Source: Calditrichaceae bacterium
GTDB taxonomy: Bacteria > Calditrichota > Calditrichia > Calditrichales > JBFXGD01
Length of the DNA stretch: 26,817 bases
Reading direction: 5' to 3'
Assembly (NCBI GenBank): GCA_050173015.1
Contig: JBFXLE010000036.1
Coordinates: forward strand, 1-26,817
This document shows, piece after piece, positions 18,596 to 26,817 of this stretch (the first letter of the stretch is position 1; every line of letters begins with the position of its first letter). The position numbers and the translations under genes are program-made. The notes under the pieces are model-generated. The model ran no database searches. It saw only the letters and a program-made list of their open reading frames with translations, and was not told the origin of the DNA.

Positions 18596-19717
18596 TTATA
18601 TCAGTTCGACTGTTTTTTCGGAAAAATCACGAATCATTTCGGCGATGTATTCCAGTTGTTTACTGTTTAGTTCCGGATACATCGGCAGGGAAATCAGCTC
18701 ATCGGCGCACTGCTCAGTAACCGGAAAAGATCCTTTGCCGAGGGATAACGATCGATAAGCATTTTGCAGATGGAGCGGCACAGGATAGTGGATACCGGTA
18801 TGAACTCCCCTCTCTTCCAGATATTCTCTAAAATAATTCCGGTTTTTTACTCTGATAGCGTAGATATGATACACATGCTCACCATAGTATGATTCGAGCG
18901 GAAGGATAATATCCGGTATATTGGAAAGAATCCTGTGGTAATAGGCCGCGTTTTTTCTTCGCGCATCGTTCCAGACGCGGAGTTTTTTCAGCTTCGCCTG
19001 CAATATGGCGCCCTGAATTCCATCCATTCTCGCGTTCCAGCCAACGACTTCGTGATAATACTTTGCCGACTGTCCGTGATCCCGCAGCATTCTGATTTTG
19101 GATGCCGCCTCATCGTTATTTGTGACGACCGCGCCGGCTTCACCATACGCGCCGAGGTTTTTTCCGGGATAGAAGCTGAAACATCCGGCATCGCCAAGGC
19201 TCCCAACAGAACGGCCTTTATAAGTGGCCCCGTGCGCCTGGCTGGCGTCCTCGATCACAGTCAGCCCATGTCTCCCGGCGATTTCAAGAATCGGATCCAT
19301 ATCCGACGCCTGTCCATATAAATGAACCGGGATAATTGCTTTCGTTTTCGGAGTTATAGCCGCTTCAATCCGTTCCGGATTAATATTGTATGTCTGCGAA
19401 TCTATATCCACAAACACCGGTTTCGCGCCGCAAAAACTGATGGCTTCCGCCGTCGCGATGAATGTATTCGGCGTCGTGATAACTTCATCATTTTGTCCAA
19501 TACCAAATGCTTTAAGCGCCAGCCATAATGCCGATGTCCCGCTGCTTACGCCAATGGCATAGCTTGTTTTGCAGTATTTGGCAAATTCGTCTTCAAAAGA
19601 CTGAACATATGCCCCACCCGCAAAAGCGGTATCATTAATTACACTCTGGATAGCATTTGTGATGTCATCCGAAATGGATTCATATTGTATTTTTAAATCA
19701 AGAAACGGTACTTCCAT
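18596..19717 (-). CDS. DegT/DnrJ/EryC1/StrS sugar aminotransferase (WbpE/WlbC-like)
   Basis: VPFLDL, SGTSAL, PVHLYGQ, EDASQAHGA, SFYPGKNLGAYGE (PLP lysine). Confidence 0.95.
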   Translation of the reverse strand: MEVPFLDLKIQYESISDDITNAIQSVINDTAFAGGAYVQSFEDEFAKYCKTSYAIGVSSGTSALWLALKAFGIGQNDEVITTPNTFIATAEAISFCGAKPVFVDIDSQTYNINPERIEAAITPKTKAIIPVHLYGQASDMDPILEIAGRHGLTVIEDASQAHGATYKGRSVGSLGDAGCFSFYPGKNLGAYGEAGAVVTNNDEAASKIRMLRDHGQSAKYYHEVVGWNARMDGIQGAILQAKLKKLRVWNDARRKNAAYYHRILSNIPDIILPLESYYGEHVYHIYAIRVKNRNYFREYLEERGVHTGIHYPVPLHLQNAYRSLSLGKGSFPVTEQCADELISLPMYPELNSKQLEYIAEMIRDFSEKTVELI

Positions 19718-20202
19718 TAAATGTTTACCTCACCTGTTTTTCTTAAAACCCGTGCCGGATTCCCGGCGACAATAGTATTTGGCGGAACATCCTTTGTAAC
19801 AACGGATCCTGCTCCTACAATGGCATTTTCACCCACGGTGATACCACACAGAAGGGTCGCGCTTGAACCGATGGACGCGCCCCGTTTTATCAGCGTTTTT
19901 ATGCATACCCAGTCATCTTCCGTTTGTAAATTTCCGTTTTTCGCGGTCGCTTTCGGGTACACATCGTTGATAAATGTGACATTGTGCCCGATGAAAACAC
20001 CATCTTCAATGGACACTCCTTCACAAATAAACGTGTGACTCGAGATTTTACAGTTTTTGCCTACTTCCGCGCCTTTCTGAATTTCAACAAATGTCCCGAT
20101 CTTCGAATTATCACCGATTTTGCATCCGTAAAGATTGACAAAATTGAATATTTTAACATTTGTACCAAGTTGTACATCATCTGCTATGGTGCTGTATTTC
20201 AT
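19717..20202 (-). CDS. Hexapeptide-repeat sugar N-acyltransferase (WbpD/WlbB-like)
   Basis: KISSHTFICEGV, VFIGHNVTFIND, GAGSVVTKDV, GNPAR. ATG 20202 overlaps the upstream stop (ATGA). Confidence 0.92.
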   Translation of the reverse strand: MKYSTIADDVQLGTNVKIFNFVNLYGCKIGDNSKIGTFVEIQKGAEVGKNCKISSHTFICEGVSIEDGVFIGHNVTFINDVYPKATAKNGNLQTEDDWVCIKTLIKRGASIGSSATLLCGITVGENAIVGAGSVVTKDVPPNTIVAGNPARVLRKTGEVNI

Positions 20203-21206
20203 ATACTGATTTCCTTTCCCATGTTCTTTATTGACTTCTGGGCGGCTTCCAGAATTTCCACCACTCTTAAGCCTGCCTGTCCATCCGCAAAGCCATTCCG
20301 GTTTTCTTCCAGACAATCTATAATTTGGTTAACTTCACTCGCCAGAGCTTCCGTTGAATCGATTTTCGGGCAGTACATATCCCCGGTCCGGTACTGTACA
20401 AGCATATCATAAACCTGATCGTCTGAATGAACCACATCTACCCCCTTGTCATAGACAAGTACTTTTTCACTCGGTTTATTATCATCCCAAACAACCATCT
20501 TTTTACTTCCGGCAATAAGAGTATGGCGGATTTTAACAGGAGAAAGCCAGTTTGTGTGAATATGCGCGATTAAATTATCCGGAAAATAGACGGTCAAATA
20601 GGCGACATCTTCAAACCCCTTGCCGAAATGATCCGCTCCCGTGGCAACGATGGCTTGCGGCTTTTTATCAAGAAGATGATTCATGATTGATATATCGTGC
20701 GGCGCCAGATCCCATAAAACGTTAACATCATGCTGAAGAAGACCGAGATTAACACGGACAGAATCAAAATAATAGAGCTCACCCAGTTCGCCGCTATTGA
20801 TCAGGTCCTTAATCTTGCGCACCGCCCCTGTGTAAACAAAGGTGTGATCGACAAAAATATGCAGTCCTTTTTTCGCGGCAATCTCGATGAGATGTTCCGC
20901 CTGTTTTGTATTCGAAGTCATTGGCTTTTCAATGAGGACATGCTTCCCCGATTCAAGAACAGCTTTCGCGAGCTCATAATGGGAGAATACCGGTGTGCAT
21001 ATTGCCACAAGATCGATTTTTGGATCATTAATGACTTCTTTGTAATCTTTTGTGGTATGTAAAAAAGGATAGGTTGTTTTTATGAAATTCAGCCGTTCGT
21101 CCCTGAAATCGCAACAAACATCTATTTGTGACCGACGATTCGCATGGAAATTTCTAATAATATTGGGTCCCCAGTACCCAACTCCTATTACACCTACATG
21201 AATCAT
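20199..21206 (-). CDS. Gfo/Idh/MocA oxidoreductase (WbpB/WlbA-like sugar 3-dehydrogenase)
   Basis: VIGVGYWG, HVLIEKP, WDLAPHD. Confidence 0.92.
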   Translation of the reverse strand: MIHVGVIGVGYWGPNIIRNFHANRRSQIDVCCDFRDERLNFIKTTYPFLHTTKDYKEVINDPKIDLVAICTPVFSHYELAKAVLESGKHVLIEKPMTSNTKQAEHLIEIAAKKGLHIFVDHTFVYTGAVRKIKDLINSGELGELYYFDSVRVNLGLLQHDVNVLWDLAPHDISIMNHLLDKKPQAIVATGADHFGKGFEDVAYLTVYFPDNLIAHIHTNWLSPVKIRHTLIAGSKKMVVWDDNKPSEKVLVYDKGVDVVHSDDQVYDMLVQYRTGDMYCPKIDSTEALASEVNQIIDCLEENRNGFADGQAGLRVVEILEAAQKSIKNMGKEISI

Positions 21207-21232
21207 TGCGCTCCCCCCGCACTGACATGAAC

Positions 21233-22540
21233 TTACATGGCGCCTTTACTGTTAAACACAGCGCCGAGTGTTTGGAAAACTAATTTTAAATCAAGAAAAA
21301 TGGATCGGCGGGCAACATATTGAAGATCCATTCTCACCATCTCATCAAAAGTTGTCATACTGCGCCCGTTCACCTGCCAGATTCCCGTAATTCCCGGTTT
21401 GACATCAAGAATTCTTCTCAAATGCCAGGTTTTGTAGGATTCGACTTCGTATGGTATCGGTGGTCTCGGTCCGACCAGACTCATTTTTCCGGACAAAACA
21501 TTAAAAAACTGCGGTAACTCATCAAGACTTGTTCTTCTCAGGAACCGGCCGATGGTTGTGATTCTCGGGTCATTTTTAATTTTATAGACCGGATCCTGCT
21601 GCGTTCCGGAATTGATCTCCGAATTTTGACCTTCAATCAGTTTTCTGACATATTCCTGATGAATTTTATCGTCGGTGTCCGTCCGCATAGAACGGAATTT
21701 TAAAAATGTGAACTGTTCCCCCCGGTATCCCATCCTTTTCTGCATGAAGAGAACCGGTCCTTTTGAGCTGAGCTTAATGGCTATACTTATGAGAAGCATC
21801 AAAGGGCTGAATATTATGATACCGGCCAGGCTTCCAATGATATTAAATATCCGTGTCGCAACCTTATCAGCCGCGGTAGCGAATCCCTCAAATGAAATAG
21901 AATCTATTAGCCTTGAAGAAGAGATAACCAGAGTACCGTCTGACGACGGAGAAAAATCGCTTTTTCTGACATCGGTTTGTACAAAAAGCAATTCGTCAAT
22001 TCCGTCCGCATTTTTCCTAACATCCGCTTTACCGATAACCACTGATTCCGATTCAATCTTATTCCTTCCAGAAATTTGATTTATCTGATGGGAATGAAAT
22101 GTCAATTTTTTTAGTAATTCCGCATAATGATCATCTTTTGATGAAGTTAGCCGGTTGGTGATCAGATTCGATATTTTTTCAATATAGAGTTTAGCTCCTT
22201 TAATCGAAGTATCCACGAGCAGTATTTCGATCTCCCCCGGCTGCAAAAAGGATTTTAAATCAATTTCCCGTGAATTCTCTGTTATGATTGTGGTTAAATC
22301 ATTTAAAAAACGGTTATATACGGTTCCGCCGTTTTTTTTGAAAGAATCCGTTTTCTCCTGAAACTTTATTACAACCTGTGATAGCGGCGAATTTGAACGG
22401 TAGCTTCTGTGAATTTCTTTTTTTAGCAGAACTGAATATTCTTTCCGTTCGTACCAACCGTTCCGTTCATTGATTGAATTCTGAATCTCGCTCTTCGTGA
22501 ACAGATTTTTGTAATTAATATTTTTCATTAGTTTCTTCAA
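21233..22540 (-). CDS. Priming phosphoglycosyl transferase (bacterial sugar transferase) with an N-terminal degenerate GGDEF-like domain
   Basis: C-terminal half: GPVLF.QKR.G, KFRSM, DPRIT.IGRFLRRTSLDELPQFFNVL.G.MSLVGPRP, KPGITG.WQV.GR. The N-terminal ~150 aa resemble a GGDEF domain. Start is TTG 22540 or ATG 22528. Confidence 0.9.
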   Translation of the reverse strand: MKKLMKNINYKNLFTKSEIQNSINERNGWYERKEYSVLLKKEIHRSYRSNSPLSQVVIKFQEKTDSFKKNGGTVYNRFLNDLTTIITENSREIDLKSFLQPGEIEILLVDTSIKGAKLYIEKISNLITNRLTSSKDDHYAELLKKLTFHSHQINQISGRNKIESESVVIGKADVRKNADGIDELLFVQTDVRKSDFSPSSDGTLVISSSRLIDSISFEGFATAADKVATRIFNIIGSLAGIIIFSPLMLLISIAIKLSSKGPVLFMQKRMGYRGEQFTFLKFRSMRTDTDDKIHQEYVRKLIEGQNSEINSGTQQDPVYKIKNDPRITTIGRFLRRTSLDELPQFFNVLSGKMSLVGPRPPIPYEVESYKTWHLRRILDVKPGITGIWQVNGRSMTTFDEMVRMDLQYVARRSIFLDLKLVFQTLGAVFNSKGAM

Positions 22541-22661
22541 TTTGTTACATCTCTTATCATATTGATTAAACTCATTTTGATTCGATTAGAATGTGAAACT
22601 AGTTTGCTTACTTGTCACAAATTTCTTAAATCATTGGAAATCATCGGGCAGTGCCAAATTT

Positions 22662-25151
22662 TTACCCGGTTTTCACTTTTTTGGCGTCATCCTTTCCATA
22701 CCCGTATCCATAGCCGTATCCATAACCGTACCGGTAGCGGTCTGAATTTTTACGTATATCACAGGCATTGAACACCATGCCCAAAATCTTCACGTCAAAC
22801 TGCTCAAACTCTTCCACGGCCATCGATATGCTGTCTCGGAATGTATGATTCGGACGGATAACCAGAATGGCGTCTTTTATTTGTTTACCGATAAATAATG
22901 TGTCTATCACTTTGGTAACGGGTGGCGTATCAATCAGGATATAATCAAACATTTCACTGCATCTCAGAATTAATCCTTTCATCTTCTCAGAAGCAAGAAG
23001 CTCCCCTGAATTTTCCTGATCCTTTCCTGCCGGGATAATAAACAATTTGTTTTCGAAATTCTCATCATCAAAAGGTACCAAAATCTCCTCAAAATCGAAT
23101 TTATTATCCAAAAAATCAGCCAATCCCGGCGTTTCCGGCGGCAAATTAAAATAAGTCGTTAGTTTTGATTTTTTCAGATCTCCGTCAATGATCAATACTT
23201 TTTTACCCGCGCCCGCGAGATTTACGGCAAAATTTGAAATAATCGATGTTTTTCCTGTATTTTCCTCGCAGCTTGTTATCATAATTACCTTTTTACCGTT
23301 CCGTACGAAATTCATGAGTTTCGCGCGAAGAACCCGATATGATTCCTTGTAATCCGGTTGATCATCCATCATCGTTACCAGACGGTCTTTAACATTCTCA
23401 GCATCGCGGATTTTTTTAACAAGTTTTCTGGTATATTTCGGCAGAACCGCCAGAACGGGAAAAGAATAAATACTCTCAATTTCATCAATTGTTGTCACCC
23501 TCTTGTCAAAAAACTCACTGACAAATACAACCACAAGTCCAATCACCGCTCCAAGTATCAACGCCAGTAGCAAGTTCACCGCTTTTTTGGGAAAAACCGG
23601 CTTCAATGGAATAGTGGCTTTGTCAACGATAATAATATCCTGGAGCTTAGAGTACTCCGCCATTCTAAGTTCTTCCCTTTTATCTATCAGCAGAGTGAAC
23701 ATTTTTTCGTAAACACTTTTATTTCGCATCAGATCAGCCAGCTGTGATTCCTGATTTGGAAGTTTCTCTATTTTATCCGAATATTTCCGGATCAGGGAAT
23801 TGAGACTCGACTGCTTTTTATTGAGAGAATTGATAATAATCTCATAGGAGGTTATTGTATTTTGATTATAATCTCCAAGCTTCGCTTTAATTTGCGATAT
23901 TTGCTCATCGATAGTCACCACATCAGGATGGCTTGACCTTCTTTTTTGGAGCAGCTCAAGTCGTTTAATCTCCGCGTCTGAGAGTTGACTGAGAAGAATT
24001 GAGAATGGAGAATTGGCAATTTCTGAACGGTTTGGAGTGAGATATGTCTGGTCGAAATATCCTTTTGATTTAATCTCGGTCGACATTTCAGTCAGTTTAT
24101 TTTTATATTCTACCAGCTCCAGGTCGGTTTTTATTTTTTCAGCCTCCAGATTACTTAGGAAATCAATGACATCGCGTGAGTTCTGATCCATAAGAACAAT
24201 CTGATGTTCACTTTTGTAATCGCTAAGCGCGATTTCCGCGGACTGTAATTTATGTGATGTTTCCTTTAACTGTTCATCGACAAAATCAAATGAATAGTGT
24301 ATTGTCTGTCTCTTTTGAGCCAGCCTGCTCTCACGATATTTTTCAGCGATCGTATTCGCGATCAGCTGCGCGGTCCGGGGTGAATATGATTTTACGGACA
24401 GTTTAAACAGATTTGTTTTTCCGACTCTCTCAACAGAAGTGTTTTTTGTCAGAGAAATATACGAATGCTCAAAATCTTCAACATCAAAGTAAAATTTATC
24501 TCCCGCGGTTACACTCTTCCATTCAAATTTGATGAGAAACCCGCGTAGCCTGAATTCCGCGGGGATGGTGTATATGATCGACTGAAGAAGATTATCGTTT
24601 TTCTCATCAAAAATCTGAAGCAGCCTGTTTTCCGACAATGTCATGTAATATTTGCCGCCCTGAATGGCCTCATCGTAGATTTTAAACTCGCTGATCTCGG
24701 GCAACCGCCGATAATCTGTTTCGCGGTTATTGATATATGATGTGTATTTCCCAAAATCAGCATCCAAATCCAACCGGTCATTATCAGAGAAACGAGCGCT
24801 TTTCGCTGTGAACATGAGATTTAAATCAAAAATAACTTTTTGAAGCACCGCGCGGGATTTAAAGATTTCGATCTCAGTATCGATTTCATCGAGCATTTGC
24901 ATTGACATCATCTGACGGAGTTCATCCTGAGAATTTTGTTCCTGTATTTTTTCTTTCTTGAACAGAACAGATGATTCATATACCGGTCTTGCAAGAAAAG
25001 TATATAATGAAACTAATACAAAAACAGAAGCTACGGAGATTGCAATCAGATGTCTTCTTCGGTTAATAACCTGAATGATATCGTAGAAGCCCAGCTCATC
25101 TTTTATTTTTTTTGTATAGTTGTTCGATGGTTTCGAACTGTTTTTCAACAT
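22662..25151 (-). CDS. wzc: Polysaccharide co-polymerase / BY tyrosine kinase
   Basis: Two TM helices flank a coiled-coil region. Walker A ITSCEENTGKT, A' IDGDLK, B LIDTPP; C-terminal cluster of 7 Tyr (YRYGYGYGYGYGY). Confidence 0.93.
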   Translation of the reverse strand: MLKNSSKPSNNYTKKIKDELGFYDIIQVINRRRHLIAISVASVFVLVSLYTFLARPVYESSVLFKKEKIQEQNSQDELRQMMSMQMLDEIDTEIEIFKSRAVLQKVIFDLNLMFTAKSARFSDNDRLDLDADFGKYTSYINNRETDYRRLPEISEFKIYDEAIQGGKYYMTLSENRLLQIFDEKNDNLLQSIIYTIPAEFRLRGFLIKFEWKSVTAGDKFYFDVEDFEHSYISLTKNTSVERVGKTNLFKLSVKSYSPRTAQLIANTIAEKYRESRLAQKRQTIHYSFDFVDEQLKETSHKLQSAEIALSDYKSEHQIVLMDQNSRDVIDFLSNLEAEKIKTDLELVEYKNKLTEMSTEIKSKGYFDQTYLTPNRSEIANSPFSILLSQLSDAEIKRLELLQKRRSSHPDVVTIDEQISQIKAKLGDYNQNTITSYEIIINSLNKKQSSLNSLIRKYSDKIEKLPNQESQLADLMRNKSVYEKMFTLLIDKREELRMAEYSKLQDIIIVDKATIPLKPVFPKKAVNLLLALILGAVIGLVVVFVSEFFDKRVTTIDEIESIYSFPVLAVLPKYTRKLVKKIRDAENVKDRLVTMMDDQPDYKESYRVLRAKLMNFVRNGKKVIMITSCEENTGKTSIISNFAVNLAGAGKKVLIIDGDLKKSKLTTYFNLPPETPGLADFLDNKFDFEEILVPFDDENFENKLFIIPAGKDQENSGELLASEKMKGLILRCSEMFDYILIDTPPVTKVIDTLFIGKQIKDAILVIRPNHTFRDSISMAVEEFEQFDVKILGMVFNACDIRKNSDRYRYGYGYGYGYGYGKDDAKKVKTG

Positions 25152-25185
25152 GAACGTTTCCTCTGCCTGATAACCAGACTCTTTT

Positions 25186-25830
25186 TTAACGGATGAATAA
25201 ACTCGCCAATGTTACGAGCACTGCCGCCGCCGAGATTATCACCGCGGCGTTTCGCGCCCCTACCCACCATTTTCTGGGAACAAAAACCCTGTCTCCCGAC
25301 CGAAGCCCGATATCGCTCACCTTGTCGCCTTTTTCAATGATAGACTTGGCATTAACCTTGATTTCCTTATTATCACGGATGATATAGAGACCGTTCAGAT
25401 TCGTATCACTCGTCTCGCCGCCGGCCATTGCTATCAAATCCGTCAGTTTTTCAATTCCCGTCACATAGTAGAGTCCCGGATTTCTGACTTCCCCAAGTAC
25501 ATTGATTTTATAAAGTGGCTGAACGGTCAACTCCGGATTCCGGTAAAGGGAATCATATTTAGCGATTATCTCATGCCGAATGGTAGAAAAATCCCGGTTT
25601 TGAACCGAAACCAGACCAATATAAGGCAACTGCATATTCCCATCCTGCTGGACAAAATAATCACCAGAAATGGCATCCGAAATATTGAAAAAAGTGACGC
25701 GTACTCCGTCTCCGGGATTGACTCCCTGGGAATTTGCGGTTTCATTGATTAAAAAACTCAACAAAACCATTGTTACCAGAATTAATGGTTTTCTAACATT
25801 GTTTTTTAAGAATAAATACAATTTCATCAT
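25186..25830 (-). CDS. wza: Polysaccharide export (OPX) protein, short form
   Basis: PGDGVRV, VQQDGNMQLPYIG (PES motif), VLGEVRNPG and IAMAGG (SLBB), LRSGDRVFVP, C-terminal hydrophobic helix. Confidence 0.88.
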   Translation of the reverse strand: MMKLYLFLKNNVRKPLILVTMVLLSFLINETANSQGVNPGDGVRVTFFNISDAISGDYFVQQDGNMQLPYIGLVSVQNRDFSTIRHEIIAKYDSLYRNPELTVQPLYKINVLGEVRNPGLYYVTGIEKLTDLIAMAGGETSDTNLNGLYIIRDNKEIKVNAKSIIEKGDKVSDIGLRSGDRVFVPRKWWVGARNAAVIISAAAVLVTLASLFIR

Positions 25831-26011
25831 TTTTAAAGCTCCGCCCTGTCAGTTACATATCAAACTTTTTCAATATGCACGCAATAATAAAGGTCTAATC
25901 AAATTTGGTTTAACACCCCAAACCTGAATGGACTAAAAATTCATAAACATCTTTATACTGGGTGAGTATTTGCTAATGAGCCTAGAACATTCCATGTAAG
26001 CTTTAGTATAA

Positions 26012-26025
26012 GCAATAATCATCCC
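26012..26025 (-). promoter_or_regulatory. Weak sigma54 promoter candidate for the wza operon
   Basis: Minus strand GG-GATG-ATTA-TTGC has GG-N10-GC spacing and TTGC, but lacks the TGGC context. Confidence 0.35.
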
Positions 26026-26178
26026 CCCCGCCCGATGCCGTCCTTTCCGGAGCGGCATCTACTGATCATGCAAAACAAGTTATAGAGAAAGCCGGACTGC
26101 TAAACAGATTAGTCCGGTAGAATATTCTTTTACTGGAAAGAAGCTATTTATTCAATACAAAAATCCCTGGAATCCGTC

Positions 26179-26217
26179 TGAATATGATTAGATTATGTTT
26201 TTAATCTAATATATTCA
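26179..26217. promoter_or_regulatory. Long inverted repeat, possible regulator site
   Basis: TGAATAT-g-ATTAGATTA-tgtttt-TAATCTAAT-ATATTCA. Confidence 0.45.
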
Positions 26218-26804
26218 ATCATTGATGAGTGTGTTTAACCTCACCATTTATTTTAAAATTTTCGATAATAATTGTGTTCTATAAGTAGCCGTCACGTGTT
26301 TAAGTTGAACAATCCAATGATTCATTGTAATAGCAATAACAGTAGCTTTAAGTTAAAAATAAATTGAAATATTCCTTATCCTTCTTGATATTGGTACAAA
26401 ATCAGCTTTTTGTATCATTGACATAGATATTCTAACCGGTTGACCTGTATAAACGGCGGTATTTTTTAACATTTTATATTGAAAAACAGAAAATTGTTAA
26501 CATTTCTTTATAAATTGATAGTCAGCTAACGTGTGCAGAACTTCGGTAATATATTGGGGCTTTTGAATTTTTTTTAATTGATTCTGATGTTTACGAGTAT
26601 TTTGCGACCAAACGGGACATATCTGGATTCGGTGATTAATTTTCTTAACTTTTGTATTGATGACTCGATTTAATAAAAATGTTACTCCAATTCATTAGTG
26701 TCCGGTTAAAGAATAAATTTGTGAAATAAAAAGAGGCTTGGTGATCCTATTTTTTGTAAATTGTTTTTGACCTAAGCAATTTAAAATATAGGAGTTACCA
26801 AGCC

Positions 26805-26817
26805 ATGGCGTATAATA
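26805..26817 (+). CDS. Probable start of a divergent gene truncated by the window edge (MAYN...)
   Basis: AGGAG at 26790-26794 followed by ATG at 26805, after a ~1 kb non-coding region. Confidence 0.45.

Noticed and set aside
22591-22657. CRP-like site or sigma54 site between wzc and the sugar transferase
   Set aside because: TGTGA and TCACA are 18 nt apart rather than 6, and TTGGCAC on the minus strand has no GC at the -12 position.
22696-22737. Hexanucleotide-periodic DNA repeat
   Set aside because: Fully explained by the Wzc (YG)n tyrosine cluster, with synonymous codon variation.
7295-25830. PEP-CTERM/exosortase system
   Set aside because: Fem-like and deacetylase genes often accompany such systems, but no exosortase, EpsI, PrsK/PrsR or PEP-CTERM tail is present in the window.
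26391-26406. Plus-strand sigma54 site TTGGTACAAAATCAGC
   Set aside because: Spacing is correct but the -12 element is CAGC rather than TTGC; too weak to call in AT-rich DNA.

Overview
Bacterial genomic window, moderately AT-rich. The protein style suggests an FCB-group or Calditrichota-like organism, but this is inference only. Left part: a ~620 bp mosaic of repeats downstream of a coupled mtaB-miaB tRNA methylthiotransferase pair, then a MATE transporter, an orphan ORF and an acyl-CoA dehydrogenase. Right part (7.3-25.8 kb): a Wzx/Wzy-type exopolysaccharide or capsule locus. It encodes wza, wzc, a priming phosphoglycosyl transferase, a WbpB/D/E-like amino-sugar trio, two Fem-like proteins, one canonical GNAT, two CE4 deacetylases, GT4, GT2, a flippase and a polymerase, and is interrupted by an antisense secreted beta-helix gene with a sigma54-type promoter. 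The most notable signal is that the priming transferase carries an N-terminal degenerate GGDEF-like domain with a correctly spaced RxxD I-site. This suggests direct c-di-GMP control of initiation of a heavily acyl- or aminoacyl-decorated polysaccharide. All family assignments are by motif recognition; no searches were run.
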